The notes below the pieces were generated by a model that saw only the letters and a list, made by a program, of their open reading frames with translations, searched no databases and was not told where the DNA came from. Made by a program: the position numbers and the translations under genes. A DNA stretch of 56,813 bases from assembly GCA_964436385.1 (NCBI GenBank), contig CAYTCO010000001.1, positions 47,316 through 104,128 of the forward strand. The letters are read 5' to 3'. Source of the DNA: an uncultured Gammaproteobacteria bacterium. Its GTDB lineage: Bacteria; Patescibacteriota; Microgenomatia; Levybacterales; GWA1-39-11. This document shows, in pieces, positions 15,001 through 21,600 of this stretch (its first letter is position 1; every line of letters starts with the position of its first letter).

Positions 15001-15693
15001 GAAACTAATTTTAATAAGTATGTATATATTCGTGTAAATACACCTTTAGATAAATTTGCTTATTATATGTTATTGCCAAATACGCAAGACCGCCAAATAA
15101 ACATACCTAACACGGTATTAAATCAAGGCTTTTCTATTGCGTCTTTGATGGATGGCAAAACACCTTTTATTCACGAAACCAGTATAGTTTCTGATAATCA
15201 GGGATTATTTGATTTATATACAAACTCCGAATTTATTGAAGGTATGCATGTCTATGGTTATGACAATAAAGTAAATGGCTATCTTCAGCAAGTTAATAAA
15301 TATAAAGTAGTAGCCAAAAATGTGAACAGTAAAGATGATGATAAGCTTAAAGAGTTAATTGCTAAAAAAGATGAAATACGTAAACTACCTATGGAGGAAC
15401 GGACTGCTAAATATGAATTGCTTAATAAAGAAATAGAGCAAGTACAAATTGCATATAAATTGCAATTGGTTGAAGAAAACAAAACAATTCAACAATATCA
15501 AAATGGTACCAATGGTAATTTAAAAGATTTATTATTAACCACATCGCAAGCAGATCCCGATAGTATTAATATCAAAAATATTATTAGTATTGATAAAAAA
15601 TATGGTAATGGTTTATTTGACCCTCAGTATTTCTCTCAAGCTGAAATCGAGGCAATGATTGATGTTGAACAACAAATTAAATGTAAAAACTAA
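1..15693 (+). CDS. Giant multidomain virion-delivered protein, 5' partial (>5,230 codons): SF1-helicase-like P-loop module + zincin HExxH motif + crAss-like single-chain RNA polymerase module
   Basis: Frame 1 has no stop between nt 1 and the listed ATG at 106, so the ORF runs off the left edge. It is uninterrupted to TAA 15691-15693. Motifs read from the translation: GRIGSGKT, LILCDE, QGLTFDEAYV, YTAIRARF, HEAFH, GYRIPSTG...MGSDFDIDTLYI. Confidence 0.85.
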   Translation, partial: AGENYAQKEILKEKNALGKIWDISKRAAGVISPSEMIEEGSQFVFEKSAAHHAGVLDSEYDYSTRGWLNRENDGTSKSLLEDMLTFGIPQLFKTKEGVESMLLGGLTGGIMEHIGGGERKKNKQTKENTAHAIGAFNANLPTAYMQEHFKSGVRSVAQEQQHSQEVAKGDIFNATNIREDGFLNWVLPRLYYGRKDMAIDELKQFKSDQMSFDVAKKQLGLADTVTSADLDKDIDAQIAQIHAIDKMATHVESIRPMRYLKDGTLDPTTKGMLYSLYKVDSLEKRMDTLAMELNDAGLTELHLLTDPKARKEAGKTLEEVRNSLTTELRANLKNTTKDPATYLQKLNDIERLQNARERFVNDYDQLRNDKFFTNSLLQNYKLDENITLDMYKSYEASAIESERVGAYEGNTEARKLASELSLALESKLSNNVPITINEINELKQVLTDNKSYLLEDDKNHIESLIKKSEDLLIKPAQLDKTKKDADWATLSDAQIDKINNYSYGDLINIQKTNGDPNLVDADVYYAALGRLAMLTSADDVLNGFNEIRELLEDAERATEPQSIDKNEVKRRIADKFTVLASAVIDAYELDKNGYDDLSSAEGSLKILENLRRVFNERDDVFDNKGFPEKAEYIQELDDQIEALKNIVIETKKNIENISKEDTEFAKNNHSIKSKIIGYDIDTDSVIFPTIYDKIKELIGEKKLLELLAEHKKASNPKFIYELYQHLRNALTTVGGSKESLNQIIAPLIAEYQSKTSSANNIHNIWNGVSPYANTDIMFTNPYNYYHDFIKAIFGVKSDIAGIYHTGRNITSVIKFLKENPTTATSPSSLSVAAAIEFFENSEKLKNLHTLKDIINLDSNFDYTKYWQAVELYVDKLKSNGMVPTIRQLQVIEDLVLNYYKTIDPTKEFAGWAYMDGRIGSGKTKVIATGFISIMQTLLKKSKIEDVALFIGDIDIAGTNLELSLGSTQNITINKNGSATAGQSINDMITRLIADDPLLKTHSLILCDEMARANKLEIAKLASAVAEFNLRNKTNIRVVGMGDVLQMSSNVSTNDNIIFQNPSIALTTPLSTSYRSLLFSMNVVQNIFDEAMSDNVLKTKDLKLVSSMNKVDKEWYGVTGVKKGLSFKDAESEMIATVAERSNTIIPSTKATRSILVVVNEGQKDIIESKLSAQKANLNNLNILTVKEAQGLTFDEAYVHLDPMAAEFNGDMSVYNSHMYTAIRARFYVHITTLEAENIEDDSLGLRYRDAYDKMKATQSSVSNDVTDIQTHLSNIFDAKYVKPTPSSSSTASTTLTPAEEAKKKAEAEAKAKAAKDAADKAAAELLLKEQALKKAQDDADAEAIKKAEAELEKAKAEQLEKDKLAAEAKKTADASSGPVPISKTDQTLEVEKESELPIIIDYEPDLDMMVEASGFESNGSVTAPGLFIDNPSSQAFKIQNIGNKLVHTEGDAVFILPVHPSATYADQTSIRWQVMKKVTVNGHTYYQELGVLSNATVVKLQSQKRLPIVSPDARYKVKSVSVNDGPVDLRNAKLFTFDHTDKKSASFSEDSPNVIKSVLKSATQLHYNYDYAFDPSISGNEFSDFDRLLDTWIKGMFRDIKVDDDEIKAIKANARVVVFGHDQSDYFLTTKKKYDSLKSPIPFKAGRAYIEIDMTKVGGRFNKSLPQFIELQPRSLQFNAGTSAENPLNTIINKWYAEPLTEFVKAVDDYHQLLMDILKANNISEDLLSDVAKSTAQRLHNTNAVIEEDVTDFSHGNSIYNKLMQYCVNMNYSYTKNNNNKNKNQKAEDLYNDIFKSLNFVQRKELFKAARLVYTKAHGETPTSVQWFDEKNNLIKASDKTATSKKREQYINLDTGEIILDPPNNMGQESQFIFPLLNLNKTGAALGTAQGAINQLTRGNRHLAVTNSDGSTTNIHLGQMVMHTDPKTTERSLRLEGHKLTASSTPKLYDVTKIGFDNFYTWALHILYPTVTSFKASMFQDRLRFNEEAKKMDNRLNFDNLLDTLMGQSEDEDADNYRYASKEWSLFLELTEKVSAVPNANGFANNIKIGMNAQSINTHILQSITSDTGTHQFGHKVFTDAVGIEHRKPIGLRINAPMSMSDAVDTRNAITFTSGRKNKDSPFAPAAFSKAERFKNFFTSSFVSVDDTKVSIAMPPSEDGTAAGNSPNTQSSNTGTSSSTVTPNVLANHDPSASDEIDEDEDENENDVPFLKTNDVKDISDLQDNTPIGDALIIENEMFDYLKTFIPNLTRNEFQVINSLQASTLFGKVNGKVWGAFKEGIVYAVQGNSNDAIFKQVLKHEAFHKIFRQYLNSAERERIIEEARIEYGLFDLSPKQIEEYLAVNFQKRPDIEMPTSLLQRFLNFIKSIYHLIFTHSHSIERFYKDIEKGKFKQQVTESEQLGDTALLNTLDLFENKEHFIPVIKGLYLASKYNAGKEEQEPIQAIYNAKDKSSHLTNLPLSSYGIALKVFNNLQRRLNGDANDMNLPGLRSRFVQSRSIAYYVKSGKGYKLLNNEELSEATLAKQPLYTKVQSNFVEITNTYKYPKPLNAKEIMEMNALMHLFSQQAPDGSDTDWTDTSVYPIFLSFVNEYYPQDLKHMKRFMQFGHTLKNININKEAAGESDAEDTSEDAAEDEIDNSYNDALMQIIKEEKDVDPFASLGTSARTWLNGLFITNEDGSKSPINENQAIAVLYDTFKAFPTNDLETFNSYLSTAFSESLQTEDVNIFNTGFLGAIIKKGPSSTKFKVLTMLLGRTPTNDDRKQLSDIIRKEVHNLITTLRDKGVTTEIFSNTNPISMWDLYDNDTKTVLLTKVDNYIAKYNKKPTKASDVKERARIVGNAKQKLVKEEYMFWKSGETLISGNQLNQVLYNKLKELAKRALRETMMVKTFTEGQDKVADTPVAFEPDVYFIDDYTFYYKGLIKTAFEKVDGKKVPLNDSDFYAKIMATLVHYKSPLAHYEVIREMFYRREANATFVDIVANYNSLVSSNMTQYKVVSKGKKKEFSLLITNADNEQFKTQLNLQYDALRSMMFEKTDDKGNVSIRYKSDSFKQFLKDYDVAFDTDDKINRNQYESAYKDFMNIMGLTINANIDYTTDELKALMPKLLKIANIAISVVPDEVEKDDTVDLAALMEKGAKSSFRALARFNRNGQKSAPTTTKNVNDKRRHNKDRITTAHKLINRIVDYSKEHSISKEMLIEEFPRLATPFYSFNPFNPLGIFGGDLTFKNQVQRLDGTLNNKFPIIYSKETKKDIINRMFNGYFSTQYLSPTKEGKARTIMTSPYPISNRSSTVMIETKPLTLLDNDKKSLGSVRDMIKTMIVQRLLMPTERNDLKVYSTWKDSAGVSFLSGLTDEHIEELQKLQGTFTDYTDLQTKNPNLDKYIDALIRDTERQARAMVDYIANMNKIAAGVTNGKYFSAKYAIPLLPNLEAIYNMLLENGSLGLEHFDIQAEDTSKLTDAEKEADALKLFTMVEGRLKLNKYEPKSISEVGRSEEFLMPLAKLFMANTYIQDFFLNQLTMGDPAYFKDSITIVKRLTSPWASYIPPMIGKFHAPSVMRTIAVDDITTYGYAGTNPDVDLIDGKLHYTEAEYKTLLDQYQKNNDIDKAKKLATLWKKREWTDGAGWMTERGRDHINKGYGRGMKMGNSVKPVMHNIENNPFNNKYAATVMNDNIVKQFPQMLALRLQMDFYGLTGTDLKRAIVLEKKRLFETLKGEEIFELNQLYDSQFNSLDTSPIIQAVPKSSIKYGNGYNTIAYDYVKQAYNDFGNTTVINSPMDSWGQQLDPVGPAEQRVSLPTQLLYFANVNGMAPEINERLIDALSKMQELATADLYEEGLTPGMNVTPDNALQDVTKIVLKSIQDNNHHTNTAQALAFNYKMSNLPTFSGSVVSSFNTYFKKNFLTIKFNGTAGVQVSQGLTTDALGKDLKWDPVNQVAEAYMPLVYQDQIMQANTELYSKWKKEKDPVAKLKLEREILDSLPLTFLGYRIPSTGINSAVKIKIKGFINDNENRVILPNEVTTKMGSDFDIDTLYIIRPNLFGNKPKDIAIAQYFNSNVAKSIGVNPDETLIEGFEDLLNEFNTILSLPYTNPKGETYNITITAKDKRRLKQKYYENVFLYSYVELLSRNSSLQETNKSISFERVNSILPNARLQTEQEIAVNAPLQYDDSLYVLLAGYKNEQFKKDYNAAKESGELYTNFKLQESLNKRMQKEIERSYNLTDFNDRTELQLLNQTGSSMTGVFASVQKTLAYIQTAIGFDFQFDEALHFDFNGHSYTGNPSEGPNGAALFKDLNGVSIFDELQWVVNAAVDNVKEQILAKLNMNLVTSSVITGGLLAGMPMENTMTLLNQPVTKYLSDIGAIKSDTIAYVTKEIMSSLGPVDNLKQRVSNLLNKYTIGINSQGVIDISKFIDNPLFSDVDSIRPYLVIEDKPELDIYTLRDFTYEGQVYKSVYHAYTTWKSGTFNKKAYDGFKDTDTKDVSISGERGDMLSALVTASILQAPNNLAESLNAYSLLEFKHNTNSNFNLAIIKGIEDARKQHELAYLQKNKVLNTDNELFIASQLKVLEILDKLQSIGSAVTDVQQVLSIMKDNPNQPVDMVDYKHRINRVFDIKTITSNDRISVRNVKDIEGLELPDTVSGLKIKKGFPLWGLDFTKIKLFNVSYNNWIKFPKHYLTNSMHILHPDIEKMSGVLQQVYKLKPSGFGDSFVKDSEKDIFIRNAIVKALYSKLHIAAPSDVKLENDNVINDIISMDTSSLVYTKRGAKYYGNRALAEEIIDLHYASKEKENLNNYFLSKMVIQPYDTYTGFQEITMMRINSSDSNEVSIMRTSFMQIDNDKRREFQNRNPDFEGYWFSPLQLKLIQYAIIEEGLTFGNSKISLFIPQEIRSQIANQMSDIFSDIIQNDGFNAMTDWVALKIALTNKAWVHPIEYGNIIGLEELEDIKLGAINETNLEDTKEAYVQINNKDKKVIKAKSYKYDPSLGVYYNLAVSVKGDASKLPPFISFETNFNKYVYIRVNTPLDKFAYYMLLPNTQDRQINIPNTVLNQGFSIASLMDGKTPFIHETSIVSDNQGLFDLYTNSEFIEGMHVYGYDNKVNGYLQQVNKYKVVAKNVNSKDDDKLKELIAKKDEIRKLPMEERTAKYELLNKEIEQVQIAYKLQLVEENKTIQQYQNGTNGNLKDLLLTTSQADPDSINIKNIISIDKKYGNGLFDPQYFSQAEIEAMIDVEQQIKCKN
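2746..3690 (+). other. SF1 (RecD/Dda/viral-helicase-like) P-loop NTPase domain inside the giant ORF
   Basis: Walker A GRIGSGKT at 2746-2769 and Walker B LILCDE (DE at 3019-3024). TVKEAQGLTFDEAYV and YTAIRARFYV resemble SF1 motifs V and VI. Confidence 0.6.
3892..4122 (+). other. Ala/Lys/Glu-rich low-complexity (coiled-coil-like) linker in the giant ORF
   Basis: Translation AEEAKKKAEAEAKAKAAKDAADKAAAELL...AEAKKTADA. This composition also creates the spurious antisense ORF 3810..4199. Confidence 0.75.
6898..6912 (+). other. HEAFH (HExxH) zincin metallopeptidase motif in the giant ORF
   Basis: VLKHEAFHKIF at about aa 2265 of the listed ORF, preceded by a Ser/Thr-rich then acidic linker (DEIDEDEDENEND, about 6480-6620). 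Confidence 0.5.
11938..12100 (+). other. RNA polymerase catalytic double-psi-beta-barrel-like segment with DxDxD metal site
   Basis: FLGYRIPSTGINSAVKIKIKGF...NRVILPNEVTTKMGSDFDIDTLYIIRP, with DFDID at 12064-12078. The pattern R-x-P ... hydrophobic strand ... DFDxD parallels the beta-prime NADFDGD region and the aspartate-triad motif described for crAss-like virion RNAP (Cellulophaga phage phi14:2 gp66 family). Confidence 0.7.
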
Positions 15694-18600
15694 TGGAATG
15701 TGTATTAGCAAAAAATGGTAGAAATTCAAGTCTCCATAACGGTTTAAAAGGGTATTTAGAGATTGCCACTGGTGATCCTAAGCTTGTAGATAACTTGGCT
15801 TTAAAGGGATGGCTACGCGGACAATCCGAATCTTTAAAAGCCGAGTATCCCAATATGCCTACTGATGAAAACAATGAAGCCATTGTGTTCTATCATAACG
15901 AAAGTGTACGGTCTGATTCCAATAATCTTACTTTGGATGTTGCTGCCGTTGCTGATAAAATAGACCAATGGAAGCCTGTTTTCTTAAAAGATTCAAATAG
16001 CATAGTACAAGCTGATAACCCCTATTTTTTAGGCTATGTACCCAATGATAATACTATTCCGGTATTTGAAGAATCTATACAGAAACTAATTGACCGTCCT
16101 GTAGCATTAGCTACCGTTCCTATAAAAGAAGGAGTGCCAGAACTATTTGAATCTAATCCTGAATTAGCAAATGCTGTATATGAAGCTTTAGGATTTAAAC
16201 AAGTTTATCATGGTAGCAAAACAACAGAAAAGTATTCTGACTATAAAATTCCTGTAAATAAAGGAGTAGATAGTTTAGGTTCTTTTTTTACAAGCGATTT
16301 AGATGGAGCATTAATGTTTACTCCTGATTTTATTGATGAAAGTCCAATAGCTAAAGATGTAAAAGAAAGAACAGGAAGAGTGACTTATAAAAAAGACCGT
16401 AGTTATGTAAAAAAAGAATATTTAAAGTTACAAAATCCTTATAGTGTAGATATTAGAAAATGGGAAGATAATTCTTGGATTAATGATTTTGTTAAAGGTG
16501 ATTTTTCAATTTATAATTTTAATGAAGTGCCTTCAGAAATTGTTGATAGAGTTAAAAAAATATTAATAGATAGAGGACATGATGGAATTTATATTGCTAA
16601 AGACTTTTATGTTGGTAATATGGAATCAAGATATGACCAATATATTGTATTTGACCCTAATAAAACATTAAAACAACAAAAACAACAAGCTTTACAACTA
16701 TACTCTCAATACCTTAATAGTATATTTCCTAATAGTAAAGTAAAAGATATTGTTTATCATGGTATCACAAGTAGGATAAAAGAGAAATTTGATAAATTTT
16801 CAAAAGAGTTTATTAAATCAGGTCAAGGTAGATATGGAGAAAATGGGTTTTTCTTTTCAGAAAATAAGGAAGAAGTAAACAAGAATTATAATAATTCTGG
16901 GTTAATTAGTGCTGTAATTAATTTGAAAAATACAAATAGTGATATTTACAAAAATACTTGGAAAGAAACTGTAGAATATTTAACAGAACCTCAAGAAATA
17001 TATGGTGGTAAAACAGATTTAGATTATTTATCAGAAGGATATAGGGCAGCAGCTTGGTATAAAGAAGGTAATTGGAAAAAACAAGTAGAAAAGTTAAAAG
17101 AAGATGGATGGAAAATAGAAGAAACTGACAACTCTTATATTAAATTAGGGAAAATATCATCTCAAGAAAAAACATATTATAGTCATTTAAAGAAAAATTT
17201 AGAAAAAGGAACTTTACCTTTTAATATAAATAATTCTGTAGAAGCTATAAGAAAATCAAAAGAACAAGGGTTAGATGGATTAGTTTATGAAAATATTTTG
17301 GAAGAATCTTCTATTAATAAACATAATCAATATGTAGTATTTGAACCAGAACAAATTCATATATTAGGTGGTAAACAAGATATAGAAGGATTTAAAAACT
17401 TTGTAAATAACCAACCAAGTCAGCCTATGTATAGTCGTAGGAATACAGGTACTGCTACAGACGAAGCCGCACTATTGACATTTGCACGGTTTCTAGCTAA
17501 CAAAACCGGCATTAATTTCAGACTGGTTACTGCAGATGAAGCATTGCGTTTAAATCCTAATTACAATGGGGAGCCGGGCTTTTTCTATAATAACGTAGGC
17601 TATCTTGTAAAAGGTGTTGCAAACAAGTCAACAGCACTACATGAAATCTTTGGGCATCCCATGGTTGAATTATTGGAACAGCAGAACTTACCATTACTAC
17701 ATGAGCTTTTTAGAGCCATTCCCCAATCCATTCTTGATGAAACCAAATTGGCATATCCTGAGCATGTATTAGAAGATGGTACATTAGATGCCATAGGTAT
17801 GAAAGAAGCCTTAATTAAAGCTATTGAATATGAAGCCACCAATCGATTAGAAGCCAAGGATAGTACGTTAAAATCATTAATTGACCGTTTATGGATGTTT
17901 ATCAGTCGGTTGTTTAATAATACTCTTGATGTTAAGAACTTGGGCCGTTTTACTACAATTAAAGAAATAGCCGATTTAGCTTTCAACACTTCTTTATTAG
18001 ATACGCCTTTAGCCAGCAACCAGGTAATGTATTTCAAATCCGCTACTCAAAGTGAAACATTACAAAAGTTTGAAGCCGCTTTTGGACATTATAGCCAAGC
18101 GCCCAATGCCGATGGTATTGATACTTATACAAGTTCAAAAAATCCGTCTTTGGTATTAAAACGATTAACAGAAGAAGTAAGTCGTATTTTTAGTAATGAT
18201 ATTTTTGGAAAAGGTATTGATGAATGGGCTGCTAACAAAGCCACTAAATATTTTCAAAATGCTAGTGCTGTATTTAAAGATAATGATCGAAGTATAGCCA
18301 GTGGTAGTATTCAATTAGCTGATGGTATTTTTTACAATTATTCCGAATTAGTAGATTTTTATATCAAAGAGCGTAACACTAGCATGCGTAAAGGAAAACT
18401 ATTACATGCTATTATGGAATGGATTTTAACCGTTGATAGTGCTGCTAAAAGCGAAATTATGAATAGGATAGATGCAATGAGAGAACCCGAAATAGTTAAT
18501 GGTAAAATTATTGCAGATGGGATTGATACTTCAATGTACCATTATTTACATACCGTACCGGGTTCTGATGAAGAAGTAGATGATTATGAAGTATTAAAAC

Positions 18601-21600
18601 ATGTTACCAATATATTACGTATTAGATTAAATGACCCTTTGACACCCGATGTATTGAAAAATGAATATATTTTAGGTAACGATGAATTAAGTATTGCAAC
18701 TCGTGCTGATACTATTGTTTTTCATGCGGATGGTTCTATTTCTGTATTTGATTACCAGGGTGGCAATTTGCATAGTGATAATGCATTTGCTAAAACGGCT
18801 ATGACTTACTTTACACAGCACGGTTCTAAAAAGCAAGTTGTAAGCAAATTAAATATAAAACAAATGGAAGTCACCATGCGTATTTTTATTGCTAAAATAG
18901 GGATACCTGATTTAAAAGTAAAACGTGCTGAGGTATTTGAAATACAAAATTTATCAAATAGTACCATTCGTGCAATAGAAGGTGAATTTGATATACAAGA
19001 ATATTTATGGGCTATTGAACGTTGGATAGAAGCTGAACATCCTGAGTTAATTGAAAAATACAGAGCATTGAATTTGTTTGACCGCGACAATTATATGACT
19101 TCGGGTATGCATGGGTATGATTATATAAAAGAAACAACTAAGCTTGTAGGTGTCGATGCCAATGAAGCTGCAAAGAAGTTAACAAAACGGCTTATAGCGG
19201 TTAGTGCAGGTATTCAAAATTTAGAAAAAGAAGGTAAAAATCTTCATATGGTACAAGGCCTTAAAGATGAAAGGTCTAAACTACTAAAGCAATGGGGTGA
19301 TTTACAACGTACTAATGTTTTAAATGTAGGTATTTGGAATCAAGTAGATGACATGGAAGGTGGGTTATTACGATTGTTCAATAATCGATATGATCTATCA
19401 CGATATCCTCAATTACAAGTGCTCGTGGATGCTTTAAGTCGTGCAGAACACCGAGCTTTAAAAAGAGCAGATGATACCCGGGCGGAACACAATGCTTTAT
19501 TAGAAGATGTTATTGAAGATTACAAATCAATAGACCCCAACATCCGAAGTAAAATTAAAGTAGGATTAGGTAATATTAAAACATTTGACTATCCTATTTA
19601 TAAAGGTGACGGTACTGGGTTTTTTGATTTTGCTTATATTAAAAAAGATTTCAATGGTAATATTCAATTAGGATGGGTTACTGAAGAAGATACCGAGCAA
19701 TGGAAAAAGTTAACACCGGCACAGAGAGCTTACATGAATTTCATTAATTCGGAAATGCGATTGGCCTATAAAACTGCCGTAATTGATACTAAGGTTACTA
19801 CTTTAAAAAGACAAAGTGGTGCACTTGTACAAAAAGAGGTAAGCAAAGCTGAAGTAATAGGAACTCCTGAACTAAGTAAGAATTTTATGCCATACGTCCC
19901 TCCTATGCATGAAGAATATGAAAATAGGGCAAATGGTTTATTTGGTTTATTTAAAGATAAATTAAAGAATTTTAGTCTGTATAGTGTAACCGAGGCTTTA
20001 AATGGTAAATTTAGTGAACATCCTGGCATGCCAATACGTTTTTTAAATGCGTCTGCTGATATTGTCGATGCCGAAGCTCATAGTTTACATGTAGAGCATA
20101 TGTTCAATACGTTTGTAAATCAATTGTACCTAGTTGAAGAATTGGAAGAAGTAGTAGCTGTATCTAAAGCATTTACCGAAGAATTAGAAGCTATGGGTAA
20201 AGATGAAAATGGTGATTACAATCTCATCAATATCATTGAAACCATGAAAGATTTAACTAAGATGCATGCTACAGGACGAACAACATCAGGTAAAGAAGTT
20301 TTAAAAATGGGTGCGATGCTGGGTCCTGAAAATCAAATCGTTGCTCTTAATATAGATAGAGCAATGGCTGGATTAAAAAACTTTACTACATATTCGTCTA
20401 TGCTTTTGTCTCCGGTCTTAGCAAGTGCGAACGCTGCAACTATTGCATTACTTAATTTTAAAACAGCGGGTGTTAATAGCATCACTGCTGCTCTTTCAAA
20501 ACAGTTAGGAATAAAAGATGATCATGTTATTGATTTTACATTAACCGATATGTTAAATGCACATAAAGATTGGGTTGAAATTCAAGCGCTTATGGCTAAA
20601 GGTGGCAGTGAAGCTGATTTGAATAAAAACAAAATGTGGCAAATGTTAAAAAGATGGCGCATTTTTCCCGATGACTATTGGTTTGCTAATAGTCGTAATA
20701 GTGATAATATAGTCAAATCCACTAAACTATTAACACCTCAAACCGGTATGTTTTTACATTTACTGGGTGAGAACTATGGTGTCATTACTACGTTTGCCGC
20801 TATGGTTAGAAAAATGGAAGTACAGAAAGGTTCTATCAAAAAGAAAGTATTTGATGCTTATGATGTTAAAGATGTAGTTACTAAATCAGGCAAAACCGTT
20901 AGTAAATTGGTTTGGAATTTTGGTGTTAGAGGTGTTGAAGTTGTAAAAGGTACTGAAAACGATGAAAATAAAACAACTAGAACCATTACCGAATTAGATA
21001 GTCGGGAAATAGATTATTTCAAAAGAGCTATCTCAAAGATACATGGTGACTATAGGAAAAGTGAAAAAGCTATTGGAGAAAAACATGCTTTATTCCAATG
21101 GTCGATTCAATTTAAAAAATATTTAATGCGTCAATTAAAAAATATTGCGGATACAAAACGATACGATTCGACATTAGGTTATTACGATCAAGTAATGGAT
21201 AAGGATGGCAAGCCTATTTTAATTAAAGTCAAAGATGAAAATGGCATTGAAACCGAAGAATCTTATATGGAATGGTCTGCTCGTGTTACAGAAGGTCGCT
21301 ATCGTACATTAATCAATATGATAATAGAATGGTTGAGTCTTGTAGATTCACCGGCACTTCAAGCTTGGATGAAACAGAAAAATCTACGACTTCCTGTAAA
21401 AGGTTCGTATGATTGGAAAAATCTATCAGATGATCAGAAAAAGAATATTGTTCATGTAGGCATGGACTTAGCATTTGTAATATTAGGTGTTTTAGGCAGA
21501 TTGGCATTTGATGATGATGATCGAAATGATAAAAATCCATGGTATGTGCAATATATAAGATTGACAGAAAACATGTCAGAGGGTGCTAATCCAATGGATA

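Noticed and set aside
17600-18037. 145-aa antisense ORF inside the 2,035-aa gene (and the other short antisense ORFs within both giant ORFs)
   Set aside because: These are embedded antisense in long, clearly coding frames. They have no start context and are expected by chance in AT-rich sequence.
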